This document shows, piece by piece, positions 1 to 9,891 of a DNA stretch of 64,000 nucleotides. The position numbers were made by a program, and so were the translations under genes. The DNA comes from Minisyncoccota bacterium. GTDB taxonomy: Bacteria > Patescibacteriota > Minisyncoccia > JAHIHE01 > JAGLIN01. The DNA is taken from positions 3,873-67,872 of the forward strand of contig JAGLJF010000003.1 of the NCBI GenBank assembly GCA_023142595.1. Reading direction: 5' to 3'. Every line of letters starts with the position of its first letter. Within the stretch, counting starts at the first letter, position 1. The notes below the pieces were generated by a model. That model made no database searches. It was not told where the DNA came from and was given only the letters and a program-made list of their open reading frames with translations.

Positions 1-142
1 TCAGCCATTGTTTTGTCGTCACCCAATTTCTACCAATTTTCACTCCTTTCAATTTTTCCTGACGACAAAGCAAGCTAATATAATCCTGAGAATAATTTGT
101 CAACTTTGCTGCTTCAGAAAGAGAGATATAATTTTGATCCAT
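1..142 (-). CDS. Partial CDS (N-terminus only, continues beyond window) with HTH_17/excisionase-MerR-like helix-turn-helix
   Basis: Minus-strand ATG at 142. Translation MDQNYISLSEAAKLTNYSQDYISLLCRQEKLKGVKIGRNWVTTKQW is typical of HTH_17 DNA-binding domains. Confidence 0.4.
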   Translation of the reverse strand, partial: MDQNYISLSEAAKLTNYSQDYISLLCRQEKLKGVKIGRNWVTTKQWL

Positions 143-309
143 GATAATATTAATAGTTTATATTTTTGATTTATAATAATATTAAGTTCTACTTTATGCT
201 ATCTTAAAAATTTTAACTTTATAATTTTATTATACAACGAATTTAAATCTTAAACAATCCTGATTAATTTCTTGACTATTGAATTTTAACTTTCAAAATC
301 ATAAAAAAA

Positions 310-780
310 ATGCTACACTATATCTATAACTACTTACAAAACACAACGATGATTTATCCAATAGTACTTATACCAATAATTATTGGTATAACAACTCAAC
401 TCACAAAATTTTTACTTTCTATTATAAAACATAAAAAAATAGAACTCAAATACCTTCTAATTTCAGGACATATGCCTTCTGCGCATACTGCTTTTGTTGT
501 TTCAATTACGACAATCGTCGGCATTAGAGAAACTATATTCTCAACACTTTTTGCTATTACCTTTGTTTTCTCCTATATCGTAGTTTATGATGCTCTGAAA
601 ATAAGAATAAACATTGGCAAAAATGGCAAAATAATAAACAAACTTGTCAGAGAAATTTCTGGAATAAATGAGGATGATTATCCAATTCTCAGAGAAAGAG
701 TCGGGCACAAGCCTCTCGAAGTTTTGGTCGGCGGAATTTTTGGTTTTCTTATGACGATTTTATTAATTCAATTTTTTTAA
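310..780 (+). CDS. Divergent PAP2 family (DUF212, acid phosphatase/vanadium haloperoxidase-related) membrane protein
   Basis: Motif SGHMPSAHTAF resembles the DUF212 signature GGMPSSHSA. Multiple TM helices. Confidence 0.5.
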   Translation: MLHYIYNYLQNTTMIYPIVLIPIIIGITTQLTKFLLSIIKHKKIELKYLLISGHMPSAHTAFVVSITTIVGIRETIFSTLFAITFVFSYIVVYDALKIRINIGKNGKIINKLVREISGINEDDYPILRERVGHKPLEVLVGGIFGFLMTILLIQFF

Positions 781-893
781 TTGATATTTTGATTTTACCA
801 AAATACAATCTTTGGAGTTCAGACTTTAGTCTGTAGGCTGGATTTACAGGTTAAAACCTGGACTCCAGTTATTTTTTTCATAATATTTTTATT

Positions 894-2204
894 TTATCCT
901 CCAAGCCTTCTGACTTTTTTCAAAACCTGATATATATCATAACCAAATTTATCAATTGCCAAATCATAAGCGCCGATATAGCTTTTTTCTTCTCCTCCAA
1001 AACCTTTTTTGAATTTTGTAATTCCACGCCAAGTCTCCTTTTCTCCGTCAATTGTAATTCCCCAAAAATCATATTTTTTATATCTTGCATTTTTCGCATC
1101 TTGAATTTGTTTCCATTGCAAAAGATATGGCGCCATTAGATTTCTATGCTCATTAGACGATGCTCCATGAAGATAGATCGTCAAATCCCCAAAACACAAA
1201 ACGATATTAGCTGCAATAATTTTTTCCTCATATTCAGCAAGATATAATTTGGCAATTAAATTATAATTATTAATATATGCGCTGTCATTCTGAACTTGAT
1301 TCAGAATCTTTTTTGTATCGCCACTATTTCTTTTAATATTCCCCATGCCTTGTTTTGCGAATTGAAAATTAGATAAACCATCATCACGAACAGATTCTGA
1401 AATGAATTCAGAATGACAATTTGAATCTGTTTTACCGCAAAAACTCAAGTTTTTCAACATCTCCTGATAATAATTTTTATTATGAGAAATAATTTTATTC
1501 CGCTCTGAAGTTTCTTTCGTTAATTCCCAAAAAAATTCAAATTTTTTTCGAAACTCTTCCTGATTTATATCTCCTGATTTATATCTCCTGATCTGCACTC
1601 CCCTTTTTTCAGCCAATCGAATATTATAACGAGTTTTCTGTTTCATTTCTTTCAATAAATCTTCTTCTGATTTTTCAAGATTTAATATTAAAGTATCTTT
1701 TGGCTGAATTTCAGACGGTGATTTTTTTAAATTAGTAAAATGTTCATAATTCTTATGCTGGCTCCATAGTCCCTTTAGGGCTGTGAAGCCTGTTTGCAAA
1801 AGTCTTGCATTTGGGTTCCACAGCCCTTCGGGACTATGGAACCAGCGAGAAATCGGCGGATCAATTCTCAAAAATATACTTTTTTCTTTTCTGACAATTT
1901 TTTTAATTTCAACAAACAAGAAATCATAAACGCTTGATATTTGAGAATTAACGATTGTAATATTTATCACAGGACCACGCGGACAATATAAATAACTTTT
2001 TCCAAACGGAAGATTATGCTTTATTAAAAGAGCTACAGCCACCAACTTATCTTCATCTTTAACCCCAATTCTAAATATTTTTCTTCCTATAACTTTTTGA
2101 AATTCTCCCCACTGCCAAGACTGCAAAAAACTTTCTGAACTGTTGAAAACTATAAATTTATTCCAGTCCTCTTTTTGATTTTCTCCTATTTCAATTATTT
2201 TCAT
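894..2204 (-). CDS. FemAB-family peptidoglycan interpeptide bridge peptidyltransferase (MurM/FemX-like)
   Basis: Family-like N-terminus (WQW...YCPRGPV) and C-terminal region (FKKGFGGEE). Carries an in-frame palindromic element (see repeat 1761..1843). Confidence 0.55.
   Translation of the reverse strand: MKIIEIGENQKEDWNKFIVFNSSESFLQSWQWGEFQKVIGRKIFRIGVKDEDKLVAVALLIKHNLPFGKSYLYCPRGPVINITIVNSQISSVYDFLFVEIKKIVRKEKSIFLRIDPPISRWFHSPEGLWNPNARLLQTGFTALKGLWSQHKNYEHFTNLKKSPSEIQPKDTLILNLEKSEEDLLKEMKQKTRYNIRLAEKRGVQIRRYKSGDINQEEFRKKFEFFWELTKETSERNKIISHNKNYYQEMLKNLSFCGKTDSNCHSEFISESVRDDGLSNFQFAKQGMGNIKRNSGDTKKILNQVQNDSAYINNYNLIAKLYLAEYEEKIIAANIVLCFGDLTIYLHGASSNEHRNLMAPYLLQWKQIQDAKNARYKKYDFWGITIDGEKETWRGITKFKKGFGGEEKSYIGAYDLAIDKFGYDIYQVLKKVRRLGG
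1761..1843. repeat. ~83-bp compound palindromic element (CCATAGTCCC..GGGCTGTG / CACAGCCC..GGGACTATGG) inserted in-frame in the FemAB gene
   Basis: Two half-sites are reverse complements of each other. Solo half copies occur at 42444-42478 and 42855-42888. The insertion encodes ~WFHSPEGLWNPNARLLQTGFTALKGLWSQ. Confidence 0.7.
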
Positions 2205-2233
2205 AATAAATTTTATTATTTTTTATCCGGAGT

Positions 2234-2261
2234 GTTAAACGAAGAGATAACGAAGTTTAAC
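2234..2261. repeat. REP hairpin family A (GTTAAACgaagagataacgaagTTTAAC), copy 1, part of a ~95-bp REP-like unit
   Basis: Perfect palindromic arms. Three copies flank the RAYT gene at 2478..3014. Confidence 0.75.
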
Positions 2262-2387
2262 TGAAGTATCACATCTTTCCTGCACTCGGTAGAATTCCAT
2301 TTTATTACATTCTACACTCCCGTTTTTTTCGGAATGTTAAACGCGGAATTTATTGTTTGTTGAAATGTTAAAATTATTTTCTGGAGT

Positions 2388-2415
2388 GTTAAACGAAGAG
2401 ATAACGAAGTTTAAC
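2388..2415. repeat. REP hairpin family A, copy 2
   Basis: Same 28-bp palindrome. The surrounding ~95-bp unit is conserved with copies 1 and 3. Confidence 0.75.
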
Positions 2416-2477
2416 CGCAATATCATTTTATGCCCGTGTTTAGTAAAACTACATTTTATTTCATTATACGATTCCAT

Positions 2478-3014
2478 TTAATCATCTTCTTTAATTGTAA
2501 AATCATAAATCGAATATCTTTCAAAACAATCACTCATCCATTCTTCACCTTTTTCTTTAATTATTCTGCTATAACTACAAAATTTACAATTCAAAACTTC
2601 TTCCTGCTTATTAACATATTTATGTTTTACCAAATTATGATGAATATAATTCAAATGCAATAGAAAATCTTTTTCATCTCGAAGACAATAATCCCAATAT
2701 TGATACCATACTTTTCTGCCTTTTTTGTTTGACATTTTATTCAACTCTTTCGAAGAGAGCGCGTGAAAATCTTTAATGAGATATTTTAAATCATTTCCCT
2801 TGTTCGTTTTAATTATAATATGATAATGATTATCTAAAATCACAAAAGCATAAAGCAAGTATTTATATCTTTCAAGAACATTGTTTAAAGTCTTTATAAT
2901 CACTTTCTTTTTGTCCTCAGTGTTAAAAATTTTTACACTTTTAACAGTTCTTGCTGAAATAAAATAAAATGTATTATCTTGATAAATATGTAAAGGGCTG
3001 TGCTTTTTATACAT
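2478..3014 (-). mobile_element. REP-associated tyrosine transposase (RAYT, IS200/IS605-like HuH Y1 transposase)
   Basis: HuH motif NHYHIII. C-terminal tyrosine region VWYQYWDYCLRDEKDFLLHLNYIHHNLVKH. Flanked by cognate REP hairpins. Confidence 0.7.
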
Positions 3015-3052
3015 TTATTTTATATTAATAATTTTCGCTAAACCGCTGGAGC

Positions 3053-3080
3053 GTTAAACGAAGAGATAACGAAGTTTAAC
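3053..3080. repeat. REP hairpin family A, copy 3
   Basis: Same palindrome downstream of the RAYT gene. Confidence 0.75.
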
Positions 3081-3146
3081 TGCAGTATCACATCTTTTTC
3101 ATATTCGATAGAACTACATTTCATTTCGTTCTATACTCCAAAATTA

Positions 3147-4211
3147 TTATCTCAATTTCAAATTCGCATCTGCCTTTACGCTTTTCCAATTCTTAATCCC
3201 TTTATTTTTCTCAACATATTTATAAGCCGCAATGGCAATCATCAAAGCATTGTCTGATGTTAATTTTGACGTTGGGAAAGAAAAACCGCAAAGAGGTAAA
3301 TCTGATTTTATCGCTTCGGCTAATACTTTTTGCAATTTTTTATTTGCTGAAACCCCTCCTCCTAAAACAATGTTTTTTACTTTATGTTTTTGTGCCGCTT
3401 TGATGGTTTTAGAAACAAGCACATCAAAAGCCGCCTTCTGAAAAGATGCTACAACGTCTTGTTTATATTGGTCATTATAGAGACGCATAGATGCTGCATC
3501 TCTACAGCTTTGAACCTCATATAAAACCGCAGTTTTCAACCCTGAAAAAGAAAAATTATAATCGCCACTATTCATCATCGGTCGCGGAAATTTTATTTTT
3601 TCTTCATCTCCCTGTTTTGCCATTTTTTCAATAATAGGTCCCCCAGGATAACCGAGTTCCAAAAGCTTGGCAACCTTGTCAAAAGCTTCTCCCACCGCAT
3701 CATCCAAAGTTTCTCCAAGAACTTTATAATTCAAATCCTTTTTCATAAGAATGATTTGAGTGTGTCCACCAGAAACTGTCAGACAAAGAATCGGAAATTC
3801 TGCTTCCCATAATTTATTATTTTTTGCATCAGATTTCTTAAGCCAATTTGCATAAATATGTCCTTCAATGTGATGAATTCCAATTAATGGTTTCCCCAAA
3901 CCATAAGCAAGAGCTTTGGCAGCTCCAACACCAACCATCAAAGCAGGAATCAATCCAGGACCATTCGTCACGGCAACATAATCAATTTTTTTCTTGCTTA
4001 TTTTTGCATTACGAAAAGCTCTTTCCAAAATTGAAGTAATGTTTTTTAAATGCATTCTTGAAGCCAAAGACGGAACAACTCCACCAAATTTACTATGCAT
4101 TTTGACTTGAGAAGAAACTATATTTGCCAAAACCTTAGCACCTCCATTTTTAAATTCAACAATAGCAACCGCTGTTTCATCACAAGAAGTTTCAATCGAC
4201 AAAATAATCAT
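3147..4211 (-). CDS. tsaD: tRNA N6-adenosine threonylcarbamoyltransferase TsaD (Kae1/YgjD family)
   Basis: MIILSIETSCDETAVAIV start. HxxH metal site (GIHHIEGHIY). Full-length family similarity. Confidence 0.85.
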   Translation of the reverse strand: MIILSIETSCDETAVAIVEFKNGGAKVLANIVSSQVKMHSKFGGVVPSLASRMHLKNITSILERAFRNAKISKKKIDYVAVTNGPGLIPALMVGVGAAKALAYGLGKPLIGIHHIEGHIYANWLKKSDAKNNKLWEAEFPILCLTVSGGHTQIILMKKDLNYKVLGETLDDAVGEAFDKVAKLLELGYPGGPIIEKMAKQGDEEKIKFPRPMMNSGDYNFSFSGLKTAVLYEVQSCRDAASMRLYNDQYKQDVVASFQKAAFDVLVSKTIKAAQKHKVKNIVLGGGVSANKKLQKVLAEAIKSDLPLCGFSFPTSKLTSDNALMIAIAAYKYVEKNKGIKNWKSVKADANLKLR

Positions 4212-4300
4212 AAAACTGTTTTAAACAATTTAATCTACTAATATTCTAACATATATCGCAATAATCTCATAAAATTATACAAGTCTTATTAATATTTATT

Positions 4301-4329
4301 TTGACTTTTTTGCCCTAAAAAGCTAAACT
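4301..4329 (+). promoter_or_regulatory. Candidate sigma70-type promoter for clpB (TTGACT-17-TAAACT)
   Basis: Hexamers with 17-nt spacing about 40 nt upstream of the clpB start. Divergent from tsaD. Confidence 0.3.
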
Positions 4330-4366
4330 TAAGTAAAGAAATTTTTTATTATATAACAATAAATAT

Positions 4367-7012
4367 ATGATAAATCCAAATAAATTTACCACAAAATCAC
4401 AAGAAGCGATTGCTTCTGCGCATTCAATCGCATCTGAACATAATCAACAACAAGTTGACGCACTTCATCTTCTTCTTGCTCTTTTAACTCAAGAAGGTGG
4501 AGTTGTTCTATCAATTCTCAATAAGCTTGATGTACAGATAAATTTTATACAAGCCGAAATTGAAACTGGAATTGGAAATATTGAAAAAATTCAATCACCA
4601 CCTAAAGCAACAGGACAAGTATATCTCACTCCCTATCTTGGACAAATTCTTGAAAATTCACAAAAAGAAGCAGAGAAGCTTAAGGATGATTTTATCAGTA
4701 CAGAACATATTTTACTTTCCATGACTGAAACTAATGGTAATGTAAAAAATATTCTTGAAAAATTTAGCGTCACTTATGAAAATATTTTGAAAGTTCTTGT
4801 TGATGTCAGGGGCTCTCAAAGAGTGTCGGACAGCGAGCCTGAAAGTAAGTTTCAAGTTCTTGAAAAATATGCTCAAAATCTGACGAAACTCGCTAAAGAG
4901 GAAAAGCTTGATCCTGTTATCGGCAGAGATGAAGAAATCCGAAGGGTAATGCAAGTGATTTCCAGAAGAACAAAGAATAATCCAGTTCTAATTGGTGAAG
5001 CTGGAACTGGAAAAACCGCCATCGTCGAAGGACTAGCTCAAAGAATTGTAGCAGGTGATGTTCCTGAATCGTTAAAAAACAAAGATTTAATTGCTCTTGA
5101 TTTGGGCTCTTTGATTGCAGGCACAAAATTTAGAGGTGAGTTTGAAGAAAGACTAAAAGCAGTTCTCAAAGAAGTTGAACAATCCACGGGAAAAATAATT
5201 CTTTTTATTGATGAGCTTCATACCCTAGTTGGAGCTGGCGCTTCGGAAGGTTCAATGGACGCTTCTAACATGCTCAAACCACTTCTAGCTAGAGGGAAAT
5301 TACACACTATTGGAGCAACAACCCTCAAAGAATACCAAAAATATATTGAAAAAGACGCTGCGCTTGAAAGAAGATTCCAGCCTGTTTATGTAAAAGAACC
5401 AAGTATTGAAGACACCATTTCAATACTCAGAGGAATAAAAGAAAAATACGAAGTCCATCACGGAGTAAGAATTAAAGATTCTGCGCTTGTTAGCGCTGCA
5501 ACTTTATCTTCTCGATATGTTTCTGATAGATTTCTTCCAGACAAAGCCGTTGATTTAATCGACGAAGCGGCATCCTCTCTTCGAATGGAAATTGACAGCA
5601 TGCCAGCAGAACTTGATAAGATGAAAAGAGAAACTCGCAGATTTGAAATTGAAAAGAAAGCGCTCAAAAAAGAAAAGGATAGGGAATCAAAAGAAAGACT
5701 AGAAGAACTCGAAAAAACAATTGCAGATTTGAAAGAACAAAGTAAAGATATTGAAATTCAATGGAAAAATGAAAAAGAGATAATTTCAAAAATTCGAACA
5801 TCAACAAAAGAAATTGAAAAGCTCAGACAAGAAGCTGAGATTGCTGATCGAAACGCGCAACTTCAAAAAGTGGCTGAAATCAGATATGGCAAAATTCCCA
5901 ATCTTGAAAAAAACATCAAAAAAGAAAAGTCAAGACTTCAAAAAATCCAAGGCGAAAGACCAATTTTGAAAGAGGAAGTTGATGACGAAGATATTGCTAA
6001 AGTAGTTTCTCGTTGGACTGGTATTCCAGCGAATAGAATGATGCAAGAAGAATCTCAAAAACTTTCTCATATGGAAGAGGACTTATCTCAAAGAGTTATC
6101 GGACAAAAAAAAGCCATCAAAGTTGTTTCCAATGCAGTAAGAAGAAATCGTGCTGGAATTTCTGAAGAAAACAAACCAATTGGTTCATTTATTTTTATGG
6201 GACCGACTGGAGTTGGTAAAACTGAACTTGCAAAAGCGCTCGCCGAATTTATGTTTGAAAGTGAAGATGCAATTATCAGAATTGACATGAGCGAATATAT
6301 GGAACGCCATGCAGTTGCAAAAATGATTGGCTCCCCTCCTGGATATGTCGGATTTGAAGAAGGAGGACAACTTACTGAGCAAATTCGCAGAAGACCTTAT
6401 AGTGTGATTCTCTTTGATGAAATCGAAAAAGCTCATCCAGATGTTTTTAATATATTCTTGCAAATTTTAGATAATGGAAGGTTAACTGATGCGAAAGGAA
6501 GGGTCGTGAATTTCAAAAACTCAATTATCATTATGACATCGAATATTGGGAATGAAGTCATTGAAGAATATTCATCGCTTGGCTTTGTTAATCGCGATAG
6601 CAAAAAAACTATCGAAGAAAAAGAATTTGAAAATAAAATCAAAGGAGAATTAAAAAATCATTTTAAACCAGAATTTCTGAATCGTATTGACGAAACAGTA
6701 ATTTTCCATTCTCTGTCTAAAAAAGAAATATCTCGAATTGTTGACTTGCAACTTGAAATTGTTTCAAAAAGACTTGCCAAGCAAAATATCAAAATTCAAG
6801 TGACTGACAAAGCAAAAAAATTAATATCAAAAAATGGATATGAACCATCATTCGGCGCAAGACCCCTAAAAAGAGCTATTCAAAATGAAATTCTTGATGA
6901 ATTAGCGCTCCAAATTATTGAAGGAAAAATAAAAGAAGATGACACAATCGTCATTGATGTAAAGAAAGACAAAATTGTTTTCAATAATGAAAAAATTAAT
7001 GAAAAAAAATAA
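4367..7012 (+). CDS. clpB: ATP-dependent chaperone ClpB (two AAA+ modules with middle coiled-coil)
   Basis: Clp N domain. Walker A sites GEAGTGKTA and GPTGVGKTE. Long coiled-coil insertion between NBD1 and NBD2. 881 aa. Confidence 0.9.
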   Translation: MINPNKFTTKSQEAIASAHSIASEHNQQQVDALHLLLALLTQEGGVVLSILNKLDVQINFIQAEIETGIGNIEKIQSPPKATGQVYLTPYLGQILENSQKEAEKLKDDFISTEHILLSMTETNGNVKNILEKFSVTYENILKVLVDVRGSQRVSDSEPESKFQVLEKYAQNLTKLAKEEKLDPVIGRDEEIRRVMQVISRRTKNNPVLIGEAGTGKTAIVEGLAQRIVAGDVPESLKNKDLIALDLGSLIAGTKFRGEFEERLKAVLKEVEQSTGKIILFIDELHTLVGAGASEGSMDASNMLKPLLARGKLHTIGATTLKEYQKYIEKDAALERRFQPVYVKEPSIEDTISILRGIKEKYEVHHGVRIKDSALVSAATLSSRYVSDRFLPDKAVDLIDEAASSLRMEIDSMPAELDKMKRETRRFEIEKKALKKEKDRESKERLEELEKTIADLKEQSKDIEIQWKNEKEIISKIRTSTKEIEKLRQEAEIADRNAQLQKVAEIRYGKIPNLEKNIKKEKSRLQKIQGERPILKEEVDDEDIAKVVSRWTGIPANRMMQEESQKLSHMEEDLSQRVIGQKKAIKVVSNAVRRNRAGISEENKPIGSFIFMGPTGVGKTELAKALAEFMFESEDAIIRIDMSEYMERHAVAKMIGSPPGYVGFEEGGQLTEQIRRRPYSVILFDEIEKAHPDVFNIFLQILDNGRLTDAKGRVVNFKNSIIIMTSNIGNEVIEEYSSLGFVNRDSKKTIEEKEFENKIKGELKNHFKPEFLNRIDETVIFHSLSKKEISRIVDLQLEIVSKRLAKQNIKIQVTDKAKKLISKNGYEPSFGARPLKRAIQNEILDELALQIIEGKIKEDDTIVIDVKKDKIVFNNEKINEKK

Positions 7013-7799
7013 TCTTATCATTTTGAAAATCGGTGGATCTGTGATTACTGATAAAAAAAATGATAATAAAAAAATAAACAGAAAAATTCTCAGAAGAATA
7101 TCTCGCGAAATAGCTTGGGCTCAAAAAGAAAAAAACTTTGCGCTCATTATTGTTCATGGCGTTGGACCATTTGGACACAAATTGGCAAAAAAATTTAATC
7201 TCCACAAAGGATATAAAAATAATTTACAGATCAAAGCACTTTCTGAAATCTACGAAAGTCTTCAAAAACTAAACACAGAAATAGGCATCTATCTTAAAAA
7301 AGAAAAGGTAAATACAGTTAGTTTTAAACAATCTTCGGCATGGATGCTCGAAAATAAAAGACTTATCAATGCAGATTTATCAATAATTAAAAAACATTTA
7401 GACTTTGGCATTGTTCCAATTTTACACGGAGATGTTTTAATGGATACAAAACTTGGTTTCAGCGTTCTTTCTGGAGATCAAATCGTTTCCTATTTAGCAA
7501 AAAAATTAACAGCAAAAAAGGTCGTAGTTGGAACAGATGTTGATGGTGTTTTTAACAATGACCCAAAATTAGATAAACACGCCAAGATTATTAAAATGTT
7601 TAATTCTCAGCATAAAGATAAATTATCTCTAGGAGGATCAATTTCTACAGATGTCACTGGTGGAATGAAAGGTAAAATTGATGAGCTAATTGAACTTTCA
7701 AAATTCGGGATTGAATCAGAAATCATAAATATTGCAAAACCAAATATTTTAAAAAAATCCCTCTATGGAAAAAACGGTCTCGGAACAATCATAAAATAA
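6975..7799 (+). CDS. Isopentenyl phosphate kinase (amino-acid kinase fold; archaeal-type mevalonate pathway enzyme)
   Basis: Motifs [37 protein letters not shown] match the IPK family. The annotated start overlaps the clpB end; the true start is probably the M at 6990 or 6999. Confidence 0.65.
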   Translation: MFSIMKKLMKKNNLIILKIGGSVITDKKNDNKKINRKILRRISREIAWAQKEKNFALIIVHGVGPFGHKLAKKFNLHKGYKNNLQIKALSEIYESLQKLNTEIGIYLKKEKVNTVSFKQSSAWMLENKRLINADLSIIKKHLDFGIVPILHGDVLMDTKLGFSVLSGDQIVSYLAKKLTAKKVVVGTDVDGVFNNDPKLDKHAKIIKMFNSQHKDKLSLGGSISTDVTGGMKGKIDELIELSKFGIESEIINIAKPNILKKSLYGKNGLGTIIK

Positions 7800-7805
7800 A
7801 AATAA

Positions 7806-8669
7806 ATGAAACTACTCAAGCATCTAAAAATTATCATTCCCTCATTCATATTTTTTACAATGATGGAGATTTTTTTTGAAAACTCAGCATCATTTGATTC
7901 ATTAATAGTTCTTTTGCTAATATCAGTTCTCAGCGCTTTTTGGATAACAAAATATAAATTTCTTCCAATTATTTTAACCTCACTATTTTCTTTGGGAAGT
8001 ATTTTATTTTTGTTAATATTAGGAGATATATCCGAACCCTCTTTGTTGGGTTTTGAACGACTATTTCTTCAACAAGAAAATGCATTTCAACATTTTTATA
8101 TAATTTCATCTTCAATTATATTCGCCTTTTCATTAATTGGTCTTGAAAGATTTTTCTTACAGCAAGAAAAATGGATGGAACAAAAAGAAGTCAAACTAAA
8201 TCTCTTGGATTCAGGATATAATTTAAACCAGACAATAATGCTTATTTCGATTTTTCTAATATCATCGGGATCCTATGGTATATATATTATCCTTGACTTT
8301 CCAGCTTGGATTATTATGCTAATTATATTTTTATCCATTTTCTTTTCCACTCTGTATCTCACAAAAATCAATTTTATAAAAAGCAAAGCAAGCGGAATTC
8401 ATCTTAATTCAGCAAAAAACAAAACATTTAATTTATACTCTTTTCTACTCGGATTTATCATGTTAGAATTAGTTTGGGCATTAAGTTTTTGGCCAGCTAG
8501 TCACTTAGTAATCGGCTCTATAATTCTTTCTGCTTATTACTGTTTTTGGAATATACTCAAAATTTATCTCAAAAATGAATTTTCAAGAAAAACTGTTTTT
8601 TTAAATTTATCATTTTTTATTATATTTATCGGACTGATTATTTTAATTCAGGATTGGCAAATAAAATAA
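7806..8669 (+). CDS. Polytopic membrane protein, unknown function, with an internal ERLFLQQE/ERFFLQQE repeat
   Basis: Hydrophobic profile throughout. No recognisable catalytic motifs. Confidence 0.35.
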   Translation: MKLLKHLKIIIPSFIFFTMMEIFFENSASFDSLIVLLLISVLSAFWITKYKFLPIILTSLFSLGSILFLLILGDISEPSLLGFERLFLQQENAFQHFYIISSSIIFAFSLIGLERFFLQQEKWMEQKEVKLNLLDSGYNLNQTIMLISIFLISSGSYGIYIILDFPAWIIMLIIFLSIFFSTLYLTKINFIKSKASGIHLNSAKNKTFNLYSFLLGFIMLELVWALSFWPASHLVIGSIILSAYYCFWNILKIYLKNEFSRKTVFLNLSFFIIFIGLIILIQDWQIK

Positions 8670-8729
8670 ATAAATCCAATAATTAATATATGCAATAACA
8701 AAAATTAAATTATATCTAAGTAAAAATAA

Positions 8730-9665
8730 ATGAAAAATATTACTATAAAATCTCTGAGAGATAAACAGAACGAAAACGACGAAAATTCAGCAGAAACTTT
8801 TTTCAAAAAACCAAAAAATGAAATTAAAGAATTGGAAAAAAAATTGCCCAAGCCAAAAAGAGTTAATGCAATTTCAAAAACAATCCTTTCTGTTCTTTTC
8901 GTTCTAATTGTCGGAGGGATTGGAGGAATAACAATAGACAGATTCGCGCTACCATATTTATTATTTAAATATCCAGACCTAAATCAATACGAATTTCTCA
9001 AGAAAGTAAACGAGGGAACAACCGTCTGGGAAGTAATAAAAGAAATAAAAATTTCCCCAGACGAAGCTGTAACAGAGGCTATTAAAAAAGTTTCTCCTTC
9101 TGTAGTTGAGGTTATGGAATTCTCAAGTGAAGAAAGTTATTCATTCTATAAAGGATCAGGAATAATTCTGACTAACGACGGATATATAATAACTTCCATC
9201 GATAATATAACTCCGAAAGAAATAAATTCCGAAGATGAAAAAAGAAATATCATCAAGATAAAACTGAAAAATGAAAAAGTTTATGAAACAGAGCTAATCA
9301 AGGTTAATCTTCCTACTGGACTGGCAATCATCAAAATTGAGGAAAACAATCTTCCTGTTATTGCTTTAAGTGATTCAGAAAATCTTAAATTAGGAGAAAC
9401 AATCATCGTCATAGACAGCGCAGTTGTGACAGATATTGTTTCAAAATTTATTGATGATTATTCTTTAAAGGCAACGACAGAAGAAAATAAACTAATTTTA
9501 CAGAAAAGAATAAAGACTGTAAATTCTTTGAAAAACACATTTGACGGAGCGCCAGTACTGAATACTAAAGGAGAAATTATCGGTATCAGTCAAAGTGGAG
9601 ATTTATTTATCCCAACAAACGAAGTCAAGGATTTCATAGATAGCGTGATGGATAAGAATAATTAA
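8730..9665 (+). CDS. Membrane-anchored protein with a degenerate trypsin-like (HtrA/S1C-like) domain, probably catalytically inactive
   Basis: N-terminal TM. GSGIILTNDGYIITS and LPTGLAIIKIEENNLPVIALSDSENLKLGETIIVID resemble S1C protease segments, but the catalytic His of TNNHV is replaced. Confidence 0.3.
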   Translation: MKNITIKSLRDKQNENDENSAETFFKKPKNEIKELEKKLPKPKRVNAISKTILSVLFVLIVGGIGGITIDRFALPYLLFKYPDLNQYEFLKKVNEGTTVWEVIKEIKISPDEAVTEAIKKVSPSVVEVMEFSSEESYSFYKGSGIILTNDGYIITSIDNITPKEINSEDEKRNIIKIKLKNEKVYETELIKVNLPTGLAIIKIEENNLPVIALSDSENLKLGETIIVIDSAVVTDIVSKFIDDYSLKATTEENKLILQKRIKTVNSLKNTFDGAPVLNTKGEIIGISQSGDLFIPTNEVKDFIDSVMDKNN

Positions 9666-9800
9666 ACCAAATTTCTTATTTGTAAATGAAGAACCTCGCA
9701 GCAAGCTGCCGAGGTATCAAGAGGAAGAAATCCCTTTTGACAACTCCAACCAATGCAAGCATCGGGGAATTCTATCGATTAAAAAGTCTATATAATTAAT

Positions 9801-9835
9801 GACGAGCACCTGAAAAAGTGCCCGTCATTTTTCTG
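9801..9835 (+). terminator. Rho-independent terminator candidate (GACGAGCAC-loop-GTGCCCGTC + T-run)
   Basis: GC-rich 9-bp stem with one mismatch, followed by ATTTTTCTGTTTG. Confidence 0.45.
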
Positions 9836-9891
9836 TTTGTATAAAGCTTAACGACATTATATAATGTAATAAACAAATATAATTATAATAA

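Noticed and set aside
2430-2663. Antisense and internal small ORFs in the supplied track (e.g. 2430-2663, 3232-3441, 3848-4039, 4712-5126, 5458-5667, 6088-6642, 10172-10357, 11310-12008, 16238-16579, 17426-17939, 20535-21946, 25439-25774, 28611-28914, 30665-30955, 33171-33720, 54204-54840)
   Set aside because: Each lies within and opposite to (or out of frame with) a well-supported longer gene. Low-complexity translations. Typical artefacts of AT-rich six-frame translation.
6975-7012. 38-nt overlap between clpB and the IPK ORF
   Set aside because: Probably an over-extended IPK start. Homologs begin near M..ILKIGGS, so a start at 6990 or 6999 removes most of the overlap. Not treated as a programmed frameshift.
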